A stretch of 64,000 bases of DNA from an uncultured bacterium (lineage in GTDB: Bacteria > Eisenbacteria > RBG-16-71-46 > JABDJR01 > JAWXBZ01): contig CAZQVN010000012.1 in assembly GCA_964596775.1 (NCBI GenBank), positions 19,023 to 83,022 of the forward strand. Direction: 5' to 3'. The position numbers and the translations under genes are program-made. The stretch's first letter is position 1; the number at the start of each line of letters is the position of its first letter. Positions 1 through 9,996 of this stretch are shown here, piece by piece. The notes beneath the pieces are model-generated. The model saw only the letters and a list, made by a program, of their open reading frames with translations. It was not told the origin of the DNA and made no database searches.

Positions 1-230
1 CGCACCGACTTCGACGCGGCGATCTTGATCGCCTCGCCGGTCTGGGGGTTGCGACCCGTGCGGGCCTTGCGCTTCGTGACCATGAACGAACCGAAACCGA
101 TCAACTGAACGCCGTCCTTCTTCACGCCCTTCTTGATGTTCGTGAGGATGGAGTCGACGGCCGCGGACGCGTCCTTCTTCGTGAGATCACAGTCCTTGGC
201 CAGGGCTTCAATCAGATCCTGTTTGTTCAT
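1..230 (-). CDS. hup: HU family nucleoid-associated DNA-binding protein (3' end cut by window edge)
   Basis: Minus-strand translation from ATG 230..228 reads MNKQDLIEALAKDCDLTKKDASAAVDSILTNIKKGVKKDGVQLIGFGSFMVTKRKARTGRNPQTGEAIKIAASKSV. The GFGSF...R.AR.GRNP.TGE.I.I arm motif is typical of HU/IHF. GGAGG lies 8 nt upstream of the ATG. The ORF runs off position 1. Confidence 0.8.
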   Translation of the reverse strand, partial: MNKQDLIEALAKDCDLTKKDASAAVDSILTNIKKGVKKDGVQLIGFGSFMVTKRKARTGRNPQTGEAIKIAASKSV

Positions 231-489
231 TCTTTGTACCTCCGTGTCCTGTGGGAGTCGGGAACCCGCATTCGGAGCACCCGCTTCATCACGCACTGTG
301 ATATCACCGGACAGGAAAAGCGTCAAGAGAAGAAACGCTGTGACCCTAGAAAAAATGCGGGTTTTCGGTGACTCGATCGCGGCATCCCCGGCGGGAAGCG
401 GGATCCCGGCTTTGGCTCCCGGCCATCACAGTGGGACAGCGGGTCGGCGGCGCCCCTGCGGGGCGCTCGAATCGGAAGGAGCAGGTGCC

Positions 490-3400
490 TCAGCGGTGGA
501 CGACGATCCGCTCGATCCGCGACAGCATCCGCCCGGACGCCGTCTCCACCGACAGCTTCCAGAGATAGACGCCGTTCGCCACCACGTCGCCGCGGCCGTC
601 CCTGAGATCCCAGTCGAGGCGGTTTCGGCCCAGTTCGACCGGGGCATCGAGGTTCCGCACCCGCCGGCCGCCGACGCTGAACACGGCGATCGTGGCCCGC
701 CTCGGGCGCTCTCCGGCCAGGTAGTTCAACTGGTAGGTGAAGAACGCGGTCCCCCCGCCCTCCCAGGGGTTCGGATAGAACCAGACCTCCTGGAGCGAGG
801 CTTCCGACTGCACGTTCAGCTGCACGGCCGCCCCGTCCGAACGGGCCGGCCGGCCGTCGATCCGGGTTTCCAGGCGCACGGTTCCGCCCGGGAGCGGCCC
901 GGAGTTCTCCGCGGTGAACACGCGCCCCGCCTCGTCCGCCTGGGTCACCGTGAACCGTCCCCCCTCGCCGTTCACGGTCACTTCGATCCGTTCGGCGGTG
1001 AGCGGCGCCGGGCTCTCGACCCGGACGGTGTAGGAGCCGTCCACCGGCACGTCCTGGCCGGGATCGACCCGGACGCCGTTGACCCGGTACTCCACGCCGA
1101 GCCTCACCGCCAGCGGAAAATCGAGCGGCCGCCCGAGCCAGTCCGTGGCCCTGAGCAGGATCACGTAGCTGGCCGGCTTCACCTCCGCGGTGTAGGTCAG
1201 CCGGGACGCGCGGCAGGCGCCCTCCCGGACCGGGGTGACGGTGATCGCCGAGGCGGGGACCGTCGTGCTGTCGTCCCGGATCGAGAACAGGCCGGTGGCC
1301 ACGTCGTCGTCCAGGCGCGCCGAGATCGTGAGCGACGAACCGCCCGGCTCGGCGACCACCGGCGAGCCCGCGGTGACCGGCTGCCCCCCGGCGGTCACGG
1401 ACAGGCGCGGGGGCGCCATGTCGATCGGCATCGTCGGATCCCCGAGAAGGATGTAGCTCTGGGGAAGGCTCCCGAACGTGGTGGTCCCGCTGTCGAACTC
1501 GAGGATCAGCCTCACGATCCCCATGTCCTTCCCCTCCCCGAGATACCGGCGCGGGCGCCCGGAATCGGGATCAACGGGCAGGTCGGTGAACATGGACCGG
1601 ACGAGGTACTGCTCCAGCGGGGCGTTGACGAAGATGTTCTCGTACGCCGTGCTGGCGATGGAGGCGATCGCTCCGGCGTTGGGAAGCAGCACCATCCGCT
1701 CGGCGATCGAGGCCTGCGTCCTCATCTCGTCGAAGTACTCGAATTCGTTCAGGTGGCAGGCCAGCCCGATGAAGATGAACGGCCGTCCGTTGTTCGCCAG
1801 CTGCTCGACGGTCCGGTTGCGCGGGTCCGAGAACTGGCCGATGAACTCGACCAGGTTTTCCGACGTCATGACCCCCTTGTTTCCGTGCCCGGAAAAGACC
1901 TGGAACAGGTGACCCCGGTTCGTCGCGGTCAACCAGAGCGAGCGGAGCGTGCTCACGGTGTAGGCCTGGGTGGCGGAGAGGTTCGCGCAGTCCCCCGGCA
2001 TCAGCGTGCGGGGCGCCGTCCGGAGGGTGTCCAGCCAGGCCGACATGCGGAACTCCTCCACGCTGAAGTCGGAGAGACAGGCGTTCCGTCCCAGTTCGAC
2101 GCGGGCGGAATCGGCCCCGCGCTCGAACGCCAGGTTGCGCGAGTCGTAGCAGTAGCTCGCTCCGCCGCGCACCGGATTGGAATAGATGTCGTCGCTGACG
2201 ATCAGGCCGCGGTTCCGCCACGTATCTCCCGGGGCGTACGTGTCGTAGGCGATCAGCTTGTCCACCACAACCCGGGCTTCCTCGACGCTCCCCACGGACA
2301 GTCGTCCCATGTGCATCTCGGGGAGGAGGTTCAGCTCGTTGTCGCCGGGAGCCAGCGCGCCGACGAAGTACCCCTCGCTCCCCACGAGTTCCCGGGGACC
2401 GAACACGTCCGGCGAAAACGCCATCTGCGTCGGCACCCAGTTCGTCTTCGAAGCCGGCCGGTCGTTCCGGTGGTCCTCGCTGGCATCGCCGAACAGGAGG
2501 AGATAGTCGGGCGCCGCCGCCCAGTTCCGGTACGTCCAGCGGAGCCACTCACGGAGCGCGGGCACGGACATGTCCCCGCCGGAAAACTGGTTCCAGATCG
2601 CCTGGGGCGAGACGACCTTGATCCGGCGCCCCTGCGCCTCCCGGTGCGCCACCCAGCGGTCGAGCTCGGCCCGGAACTGCGGGTGGCAGATGACCAGCAC
2701 GTCGGCGCCGGTGTCGAGCGCGGCGTCCTCCGGCTCATTGCGGACCAGCACCTTCGAGGTGATCGCGCGCGGGAACCGGTCGGGGCGGACCGCCTCCTCC
2801 AGGTCGGGGATTCCCGAGGCGGTATACAGTTCGTACGTCCGCGGAGCGGTGATGTCCGCCCGGAACCGCAGCCTGAATTTCGGCGACGGCGGCGGCGACA
2901 CCTGGGCGATCGAGGCGCCGGAGAGATCCACGGCGCGGGGGTTCAGCGAGTCGGTCACGTCGAAGACGTAGAGTTCGCGCTGGCCGAGACCGTCGATGGA
3001 AAACTCCACGTTTCCGGACGCGGTTCCCGAGTTGAATCGGAGCCGGCCGTTGACGGCCTCGTAACGGCGGCTGTAGCCGACGTCGAAGGAGTTGAAGAAC
3101 GCCCCGCTGCCCTGGCTGTTCGGATCGTTCGGATCGAATCCGTTCCCCTGGATCTTGAGCCGGTTGCAGCCGTCGGCCAGCCGCGCGGCCGGAATCGTGA
3201 TGCCGGAGTCGTAGTTGAGGCGGTTGATCCCGTCGAACGGGAACCGGTTCAGGAGCATCGTGTCCGACGGGGCGGCGCAGTTGCGCGTCAGCCACAGCGA
3301 GATGTAGTGCGTGCCTCCGGCTATTCCCTGCCAGCGCGCCCGGATCCGCGCCGACGTTCCGACAACCCGCCCCGGCGTATCGAAGGGCAGGCTGTCCCGG

Positions 3401-4683
3401 AACGCGGTCTGCGGAAGCCAGTAGTGCGTGTCGATCGGCGACGTCTGCCCGGAAATGGCCCCCTCGGAGGGGCCGTAGTAGATGTACTCGGCGTCCTCCT
3501 CGTAGTGCGTCGTCTGGTAGAACATCGCCGGCGTGGTGAAACCCGGGGCTTCGAACCAGCCGGGGGTCACGCTCATCCGGGCGCCACCGGCCTCGGACCA
3601 CGACACCCAGTACACGTGCAGCCGCGTGTAGCGGGCCTGCTCCACGCGCGGCTGAAAGCGGTCCATGAACCCCTGCCCGTACATGTAGAAGACGTCGTCC
3701 CCGTCGAAGATCCCGGCCTGGCCGGCGGCTCCCTCCTCGATCCGGATCGGGATCTCGCGGACAAGCGGGCTGGAGGGGTTCGCGGGGTTCAGCGACTTTT
3801 CGTACAGACGGATCCTGCCGACCGGAATGCCGGCGGGCCAGCCCTCCGCGGCGAGCCGGGCGTAGGTGACGGTGTAGATGCCGCTCCGTTCCACGTAGAC
3901 GCGGAACTCCGGTTCTCCGGCCGCCGCCTCGCCCGGCGCGCGCATCGCCGGCGCCCGCGGAACGGCCCGGGTGCGGAACCGTCGCGCCGCGTCGTAGTTG
4001 ACGAGCACGTTCCGGTACGTGTCCTCCCAGGCCGGCTCCTCGCCGAGCGGCACCAGCGGCACGGGCGAGGTCACCCGCGGCGACTCCGGCGCCGGTTCGA
4101 AGGTCACGCGGATCCGCGCCCGCACGATCCGCGTGACGGTTCCCCGGGCTCCGTCGTAGCGCAACGGCCGGACCGACACCTGGCCGACCCGGTAGTGACG
4201 GAGATGGCCGAGATCCCTGAGCACGACCGACTCGTCCGGGTAGCTTCCTCCGGCCCCGTAGAACGCCGGATCGGGCCGCGCCTCCTCGAGGCGGGCCGGC
4301 AGCGGACGGAGTCCGGGCAGGACGGTGGATTCGAGAATCTCCACGCTCATCCGCGGGCGGGTGCCGTCCGGCACCGCGAAGCCCGCGCCGCGGGCCGGAA
4401 GATTCGGCCGGCCGGGCTCCTCGAGATGGGCGTGGTCGGGCAGCGTCAGCGCCTGGAACATGCCGAACGGCGTATCCACGTCGTCGAGGACGGGCTCGGG
4501 CGAAGCATACTCGAGGACGATCCCGGCCGGCCCGCTCTCGAGGACGGTGAACGGCCCGGCCTCCGCGATCCCGTGGGCCGAAAGGAACAGCGCCGGAACG
4601 AGGAAAGCGGCGCACCGGGTGGCTCCGGACACGATTCTACTTGTGAACGACAATACGGTCCGTCCGGCTGAGTTTCTTGCCAT
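490..4683 (-). CDS. C25 family (gingipain-like) cysteine peptidase, ~1400 aa, with T9SS-type/FlgD-Ig-like C-terminal domain
   Basis: Track ORF 490..4818. It carries the clan-CD catalytic motifs QVFSGHGNKG (His) and FIFIGLACHLNEF (Cys; compare RgpB F-D-V-A-C-V-N-G). A signal peptide ...RCAAFLVPALFLSAHG precedes it. It is paralogous to the next gene over its whole length. It ends FYPNPWEGG...GVYLWKL...RIVVHR, a T9SS CTD-like tail. The start is uncertain: ATG at 4683 or GTG at 4632, since the track start 4818 overlaps the upstream gene by 180 nt. Confidence 0.75.
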   Translation of the reverse strand: MARNSAGRTVLSFTSRIVSGATRCAAFLVPALFLSAHGIAEAGPFTVLESGPAGIVLEYASPEPVLDDVDTPFGMFQALTLPDHAHLEEPGRPNLPARGAGFAVPDGTRPRMSVEILESTVLPGLRPLPARLEEARPDPAFYGAGGSYPDESVVLRDLGHLRHYRVGQVSVRPLRYDGARGTVTRIVRARIRVTFEPAPESPRVTSPVPLVPLGEEPAWEDTYRNVLVNYDAARRFRTRAVPRAPAMRAPGEAAAGEPEFRVYVERSGIYTVTYARLAAEGWPAGIPVGRIRLYEKSLNPANPSSPLVREIPIRIEEGAAGQAGIFDGDDVFYMYGQGFMDRFQPRVEQARYTRLHVYWVSWSEAGGARMSVTPGWFEAPGFTTPAMFYQTTHYEEDAEYIYYGPSEGAISGQTSPIDTHYWLPQTAFRDSLPFDTPGRVVGTSARIRARWQGIAGGTHYISLWLTRNCAAPSDTMLLNRFPFDGINRLNYDSGITIPAARLADGCNRLKIQGNGFDPNDPNSQGSGAFFNSFDVGYSRRYEAVNGRLRFNSGTASGNVEFSIDGLGQRELYVFDVTDSLNPRAVDLSGASIAQVSPPPSPKFRLRFRADITAPRTYELYTASGIPDLEEAVRPDRFPRAITSKVLVRNEPEDAALDTGADVLVICHPQFRAELDRWVAHREAQGRRIKVVSPQAIWNQFSGGDMSVPALREWLRWTYRNWAAAPDYLLLFGDASEDHRNDRPASKTNWVPTQMAFSPDVFGPRELVGSEGYFVGALAPGDNELNLLPEMHMGRLSVGSVEEARVVVDKLIAYDTYAPGDTWRNRGLIVSDDIYSNPVRGGASYCYDSRNLAFERGADSARVELGRNACLSDFSVEEFRMSAWLDTLRTAPRTLMPGDCANLSATQAYTVSTLRSLWLTATNRGHLFQVFSGHGNKGVMTSENLVEFIGQFSDPRNRTVEQLANNGRPFIFIGLACHLNEFEYFDEMRTQASIAERMVLLPNAGAIASIASTAYENIFVNAPLEQYLVRSMFTDLPVDPDSGRPRRYLGEGKDMGIVRLILEFDSGTTTFGSLPQSYILLGDPTMPIDMAPPRLSVTAGGQPVTAGSPVVAEPGGSSLTISARLDDDVATGLFSIRDDSTTVPASAITVTPVREGACRASRLTYTAEVKPASYVILLRATDWLGRPLDFPLAVRLGVEYRVNGVRVDPGQDVPVDGSYTVRVESPAPLTAERIEVTVNGEGGRFTVTQADEAGRVFTAENSGPLPGGTVRLETRIDGRPARSDGAAVQLNVQSEASLQEVWFYPNPWEGGGTAFFTYQLNYLAGERPRRATIAVFSVGGRRVRNLDAPVELGRNRLDWDLRDGRGDVVANGVYLWKLSVETASGRMLSRIERIVVHR

Positions 4684-7600
4684 CGGCAAGGTCGATCGTG
4701 AGCTTGTACAGGTACACACCATTGGCGAGTTCGTCCCCGCGGGCATCGCGCCCGTCCCAGTCGAGCCAGGTCCGTCCGCCGTCCGTGGGCGCGTCGAGCG
4801 TGACGACGCGCCGGCCACTCACCGTGAAGATCGTGACCGAGACCCGGTCGGGGCGGTCCCCCTCGCGGTAGCGGAGCTGGTAGGTGAATCGGGCCGGCGA
4901 GATGCCGTCCCAGGGGTTCGGATAGAAATAGATGTCGCTGAAATTCAGGTCGTCGCCCGCGGATACGCTGATGGCCCGCGCCTCGACGCCGCGGATCCGG
5001 GCGGAAATGTCGACGCGTCCGGCGGGAAGTTCCCGGACCAGCCGCCCGGTCCAGACCCGGTTGCCGGACTGGGGCTCGAGGGAAAAGTACCCGTCCTCGC
5101 CGTTGACGATCACGTCGATATCCGCCGCATCGAGCTCGACCGGGCTGCGGAAATCCACCTCGATCCCCGCGGAGCGCGGCACGAACTCCAGGTCGCCGAG
5201 AGGTCGACCGTCGATGCGGAACTGGATGTCGAACCGGACACTGAGCTGGAACGAGCGCTGGCGTCCGAGCCAGTCGGACAGCTTGAGATCGATCAGGTAT
5301 GTCTGCGGGCGGAGTTCCGGCTCATAGACAAGCGTCAGGCCGCGGCAGGCTCCCTCGCCCGACCCCTCGAACGGCGTCACCGTGTAGTCCTCCGGCGCCA
5401 CGACGCTGTCGCCGTCGGTGAGCACGAACCCCTCCTCGCGGTAGTCCACGTCGTCGGCGATCCGCGCCTCGATCCGGGCCCGCGAGGATCCCGCCGGCGC
5501 CGCGATTTCCGCGCCCGAGGTCACCGGCGCTCCGTTGACGGTCACGTCGAACCGGGGCGGGGCCATGTCGATGCGCATCGTGGGATCGCCGAGCAGACAG
5601 TAGCTGCGGAACGTGTTGAGGAATATGCCGCCTCCCCGCTCCGTGGCCATCCTGAGCAGCGCGTGGTGGATGCCGTCGCCGAGCACGCGGCGCGGGCGTC
5701 CCGTATCCGGATCCACGGGGTTGTCCACGAACACGCCGTTCATCATGTACACCTCGACCCAGAAGTTCGTCACCAGCCACTCGAAACCGGTGGAGGCCAT
5801 CGAGGCGATGGCGCCCGCGTTCGGGAGAAACAGCATGGCCTCGGCCAGCGCGTGCTTGGACACGAACTCCTCGGCGCTCTCGAACTCGTTCAGGTGACAG
5901 GCCACGCCGAAGTAGATGAACGGCTTGCCGAAGTTCGTCAGGCGGTCGGCGGTGCCCCGCCCGTTGAAATAGTCGACCCAGCTCTCGGTGGCCATCACGA
6001 ACCGGTTTCCGTGTCCCGAGTACATCTGGAACAGGTGGCCGCGGCTCGTCCGGTCCACCCAGATCGGCGCGCAGTTGACGTCCACGTAGCTGACGGTGGC
6101 CCCGAGGTTCGCATTGTGAAACGGCAGGATCGGGCACTCCCCGCGCGGGATGACCCTGCGACCCAGCGACTGCGCCACCAGGCTGTCGTTCAGGCAGTCG
6201 CCGAGGCGGAGGTCCTCGACCTCGAAGTCGGAAAAGCAGCCGCGTTTCGCGAACATCGAGAGAACCGAATCGGCGCCGGCCTCGAAGTCGCAGTCGTTGC
6301 GGGAGTAGGTGTAGGTGTTGCCGGATATCGGCAGGTTGTACTTGTCGTCGCTGGTGATCAGGCCGCGGTTCCGCCACGCGTCGCCGGGCGAGTAGTTGTC
6401 GTAGTTGACGAGCTTGCTGACCAGGATGTCGGCCTCCGCCGCGCTGCCGATCGGCATCCGGCCGATGTGCATGTCGGGAAGCAGGTCGAGCGGCGAATCG
6501 TTGACCCCCAGCGAGGCGATGAAATAGTGGTCCTGGCCGATGAGCTCGTAACGGTTGCCGTCCCCGACGACGGGGCCGAGGAGCATCATCGTCGGCACCC
6601 AGTCCGGATCCGACGACCCGAGGTCGCGCTTGTAGTCCTCCGAGGCGTCGCCGGCCAGCACCAGGTAGTCGGGAGGCTTCGCCCAGGTCCGGTAGATGGT
6701 GCGCAGCCATTCCCGGATCGCGGGAGGAGACTTGTCCCCCCCGGAATACTGGTTGTAGACCTCCTGCGGCGACACGACCTTGAGCCGGTGCCCCTGCGCT
6801 TCGCGAAGCGCCACCCACGGGGCCAGGTTTGCCTCGAACCCCGGATGGGTCAGGACGATGACGTCGGCGCCGGTGTCTTCGCTGACGTTCCGGGAACTGT
6901 CGCGGATCAGGTTCGTCGTTCCGAGTTCGCGGGGCAGACGCCCGGGCAACCGCATGTTTTCCGGGGTGTAGGCGGCGCGGTGCGAAGGGAGGGCCGCGTC
7001 CGTATAAAGGATGTACTTCCGCTCCCCGGTCGTCTGCGCCCGGAACCGGAGTTCGTACTCGCGGAACGGCGGCCCGGACAGCTGCGTGACCACGGCACCG
7101 GCAAGGTCGACCCAGCGGGGCGCGGCCGGGTCCGTCACGTCGACGAGGACGAGATCGGGCTGGGTCAGGCCGCGGACCGCCATTTCCACGTTGCCGGTGA
7201 CGCCTCCGGTGTTGAACTCGAGGAAGTCCCCGACGGCCACGTAACGGCGGTGGTAATCCACCTCGAACCAGTCGAAGTACGCCCCGCTTCCCTCGCTGTC
7301 CCGCCCCAGGTCGTCGAGACGGTTGCCGCTGAACTTGAACAGGTTTCTTCCGTCGGCGAGCCGGGTTCCCGGGAGGTCGCCGGAATCGAACGTGTAGACT
7401 TCCGGCTGCCCGAACTGGTGACGGAACACGAGCAGCGTGTCGTCCACGGCCGTGCCCCGTGTCTGCCAGATCGAGATCTGGTGCGAACGCAGGAAGAACC
7501 CCTGCCAGCGGGCCCGCAGCCGGAACGGCCGCGACGCGTCGCGGTGGACCGCGCTGAACTCGAGACTGTCGCGCGGCACCGAGGGCAGCCAGTACATCGT

Positions 7601-8872
7601 CTCCCAGTTCGGCTGCTCGAAGTACTGGACGAAGTTCGGATTGGGGCTGGGATAGATGTAGACGTTGTTCTGCTCGTAGTGCGTCGTCGCAGCGAAGCTC
7701 TGGGGCACCACGTATCCGCTTCCCTCGGCCCACCCCGCCTGCGTGTTCATGCGCGCTCCGCCGCCTTCGTCCCAGGTCAGCCAGTACACGTGAAAGTTCG
7801 TGAAGCGGTTGTCCTCGATCGACGGCTGGAAGCGGTCCCGGTAGTTCCGGGCGTGGAAGACGATCCCGTCGTCCTGGTCGAAGACGCCCGCCGTTCCCCC
7901 GTACTCCTGGACACGCACCGGGACCTCGGTGGTCAACGGGCTGGACGGGTCGTCCGGATTGCGGGATTTTTCAAAGAGCCGTATCCGGTCGACCGGTATC
8001 CCGGCCGGCCACCCCTGGGCCGTGAGATCGGCGAAACTCAGCCGGTACAGTCCGCTTCGCGAAACGTGAATCCGGAATTCCGGATTGACTCCGGCCGTGC
8101 GCGCCGGCGGTGACGCCGCCGCGCCGTGCCGCAGCGAACCGTCGAGCAGGACCGGCCGCACGCGAAACTGCCGGGCTGACTCGTAGTTGATCAGCGAGGA
8201 TTCGTAGAGACTCTCCCAAGCCTCCTCCCGCCCGACCGGAGCGAGCGTCCCGCCCGGCTTCGCCGCCCGCGGCCGGAAGTCGATCCGGATGCGCGCCCGT
8301 TTCAGGAAAGAGATGTCGCCGGTCCGGGGATCCCACTGCATCGGCGTCACGACGACCTGTCCGACGCGGTGGTGGCGGAGGTGGCCCATCTCCCGGAATT
8401 CCACGGACCGGACCGGCCACAACCCGCCGGCGTCGTAGAATTCCGCGTCGATGGCCGCGTTGTCCTTCCGGGTGACGCCCGGCGCCTCCGGATCGACGGG
8501 GCCGTCGGAAGCCGGAACGGGCCTGAGCCCGGGAAGGGACCGCGTTTCCAGCGGCTCGACGCTGATCTCCACGTCCGCGTGTTCCGGAATGCCCAGTCCG
8601 ACGCTCCGCACCGGAAGGGCCGGCCGACCGAGCACGGCCAGCGGATTGTGATCGGCCAGGGAGAGAACGTCGAACGTGCCGAGCGGCGAAACGTCCCGGG
8701 CAAGAGCCGGCTCGGGGGCCTCGTACTCGAGGGTCACACCCCGGCTGTCGGCGGTGATCATCCGGAACGGTCCGCTGGCGGGGGTCGCGTGGGCGGAAGA
8801 AACGAGGAGGATAAGGCCGAAAAGGACCAGCAGGCCGCGTGGAGCCGGCGGGGTGCATCGCAATTCGATCAT
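4637..8872 (-). CDS. C25 family (gingipain-like) cysteine peptidase paralog, 1411 aa, with T9SS-type C-terminal domain
   Basis: ATG at 8872 with signal peptide MIELRCTPPAPRGLLVLFGLILLVSSAHA. Motifs QMYSGHGNRF and FIYFGVACHLNEF are present. The C-terminus FYPNPWDG...GVYLYKL...RIVVHK matches the paralog. Balanced amino-acid composition contrasts with the R/G-rich antisense frame. Confidence 0.8.
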   Translation of the reverse strand: MIELRCTPPAPRGLLVLFGLILLVSSAHATPASGPFRMITADSRGVTLEYEAPEPALARDVSPLGTFDVLSLADHNPLAVLGRPALPVRSVGLGIPEHADVEISVEPLETRSLPGLRPVPASDGPVDPEAPGVTRKDNAAIDAEFYDAGGLWPVRSVEFREMGHLRHHRVGQVVVTPMQWDPRTGDISFLKRARIRIDFRPRAAKPGGTLAPVGREEAWESLYESSLINYESARQFRVRPVLLDGSLRHGAAASPPARTAGVNPEFRIHVSRSGLYRLSFADLTAQGWPAGIPVDRIRLFEKSRNPDDPSSPLTTEVPVRVQEYGGTAGVFDQDDGIVFHARNYRDRFQPSIEDNRFTNFHVYWLTWDEGGGARMNTQAGWAEGSGYVVPQSFAATTHYEQNNVYIYPSPNPNFVQYFEQPNWETMYWLPSVPRDSLEFSAVHRDASRPFRLRARWQGFFLRSHQISIWQTRGTAVDDTLLVFRHQFGQPEVYTFDSGDLPGTRLADGRNLFKFSGNRLDDLGRDSEGSGAYFDWFEVDYHRRYVAVGDFLEFNTGGVTGNVEMAVRGLTQPDLVLVDVTDPAAPRWVDLAGAVVTQLSGPPFREYELRFRAQTTGERKYILYTDAALPSHRAAYTPENMRLPGRLPRELGTTNLIRDSSRNVSEDTGADVIVLTHPGFEANLAPWVALREAQGHRLKVVSPQEVYNQYSGGDKSPPAIREWLRTIYRTWAKPPDYLVLAGDASEDYKRDLGSSDPDWVPTMMLLGPVVGDGNRYELIGQDHYFIASLGVNDSPLDLLPDMHIGRMPIGSAAEADILVSKLVNYDNYSPGDAWRNRGLITSDDKYNLPISGNTYTYSRNDCDFEAGADSVLSMFAKRGCFSDFEVEDLRLGDCLNDSLVAQSLGRRVIPRGECPILPFHNANLGATVSYVDVNCAPIWVDRTSRGHLFQMYSGHGNRFVMATESWVDYFNGRGTADRLTNFGKPFIYFGVACHLNEFESAEEFVSKHALAEAMLFLPNAGAIASMASTGFEWLVTNFWVEVYMMNGVFVDNPVDPDTGRPRRVLGDGIHHALLRMATERGGGIFLNTFRSYCLLGDPTMRIDMAPPRFDVTVNGAPVTSGAEIAAPAGSSRARIEARIADDVDYREEGFVLTDGDSVVAPEDYTVTPFEGSGEGACRGLTLVYEPELRPQTYLIDLKLSDWLGRQRSFQLSVRFDIQFRIDGRPLGDLEFVPRSAGIEVDFRSPVELDAADIDVIVNGEDGYFSLEPQSGNRVWTGRLVRELPAGRVDISARIRGVEARAISVSAGDDLNFSDIYFYPNPWDGISPARFTYQLRYREGDRPDRVSVTIFTVSGRRVVTLDAPTDGGRTWLDWDGRDARGDELANGVYLYKLTIDLADGKKLSRTDRIVVHK

Positions 8873-9042
8873 GAACAGAGGTCCCTCGCTTCAGTGTGGG
8901 TTGAAGAGTCGGGGGGAACGGCGATGTGCATCGGGACAGCCGTGTTGTGAACCCGGGGGATACTGTCGGGTTCCCCCGCCCCAAACCCCGTCGAAGCAAT
9001 CGATTGTTTGACGGCCACGCGAAGCGATGTTAACCTTACTCC

Positions 9043-9996
9043 TTGTCGCGGCGCAAGTTAGATTCCCGGCTGGAGGAACGACCCTCTTTGGTTTTCGACT
9101 CGAAACGCGTCTCTCTCTACTGGGAATTCGCCCGCCCGTTCACGCTCGTCGCCCCCGCCCTGGGGATCCTTTCCGGCGGCATCACGGCCTACGGCGCCCA
9201 TCCCCATGAGTCCTTCGCCTGGATTCATGTCCTCAACATCGGCATGGGAACGCTCATGGCCGCGGTTCTGAACGCGGCCAGCAACGGGCTGAACCAGATC
9301 TACGACCTCACGAACGACACCGTGAACAAGCCGGGCCGCGCCATCCCGTCCGGCCGGATGGGGGTCCGCGAGGCGTTCTGGTATTCGGGAATCCTGTTCG
9401 CTGTGGCCCTCGGACTGGCGGCGGCGGTCAACCTGCAGTGCTTTCTCCTGGCGCTGGCCGCCACGGTGTTCACGATTGCCTACTCCGCTCCACCTCTCCG
9501 CACGAAGAAGCGGGGCGTCTGGGCCAACATCACCATTGCGATTCCGCGGGGGTTGCTGCTCAAGGTGGCCGGCTGGTCCACCGTCAAGTCGGTCTGGGGC
9601 GCGGAACCGTGGTACATCGGGGCGATCTTCGGCCTGTTTCTCCTCGGAGCGTCCACCACCAAGGATTACTCCGACATCAAGGGAGACATGGCCGACGGCT
9701 GCCGCACCCTGCCCATCGTGTACGGAATCCGGAAGAGCGCGTGGATGATCGCGCCCTCCTTCGTCATTCCCTTTCTCCTGCTGCCGCTGGGCGCCCTCAC
9801 CGGGGTGATGACCGGAAACCGCGTGTTTCTCGTCATCATGGGACTCGCGCTCGCGGCCTGGGGCAGCTACGTCTGCTGGCTGATCCTCCGGCGCCCTGAA
9901 GATCTTGCCGCGACGGAAAACCACGTTTCCTGGACCCACATGTACTGGATGATGATCACGACGCAGCTCGGGTTCATGGCGGCCTACCTGCTGTGA
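9043..9996 (+). CDS. UbiA family aromatic/polyprenyl prenyltransferase (membrane)
   Basis: Multi-TM protein with the UbiA Asp-rich motif NQIYDLTNDTVNKPGRAIPSGRM and a second AxxDxxxD-like motif (DYSDIKGD). TTG start at 9043; a true start slightly downstream is possible. A possible sigma70 promoter TTGACG-17-TAACCT lies at 9007..9035. Confidence 0.75.
   Translation: MSRRKLDSRLEERPSLVFDSKRVSLYWEFARPFTLVAPALGILSGGITAYGAHPHESFAWIHVLNIGMGTLMAAVLNAASNGLNQIYDLTNDTVNKPGRAIPSGRMGVREAFWYSGILFAVALGLAAAVNLQCFLLALAATVFTIAYSAPPLRTKKRGVWANITIAIPRGLLLKVAGWSTVKSVWGAEPWYIGAIFGLFLLGASTTKDYSDIKGDMADGCRTLPIVYGIRKSAWMIAPSFVIPFLLLPLGALTGVMTGNRVFLVIMGLALAAWGSYVCWLILRRPEDLAATENHVSWTHMYWMMITTQLGFMAAYLL

Noticed and set aside
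133-4671. 1512-aa plus-strand ORF
   Set aside because: Extremely R/G/P/A/H-rich with no motifs. It is the antisense frame of the C25 peptidase gene (490..4683), the usual shadow ORF in GC-rich DNA.
4325-8113. 1262-aa plus-strand ORF
   Set aside because: Antisense shadow of the second C25 peptidase gene. The composition is non-protein-like.
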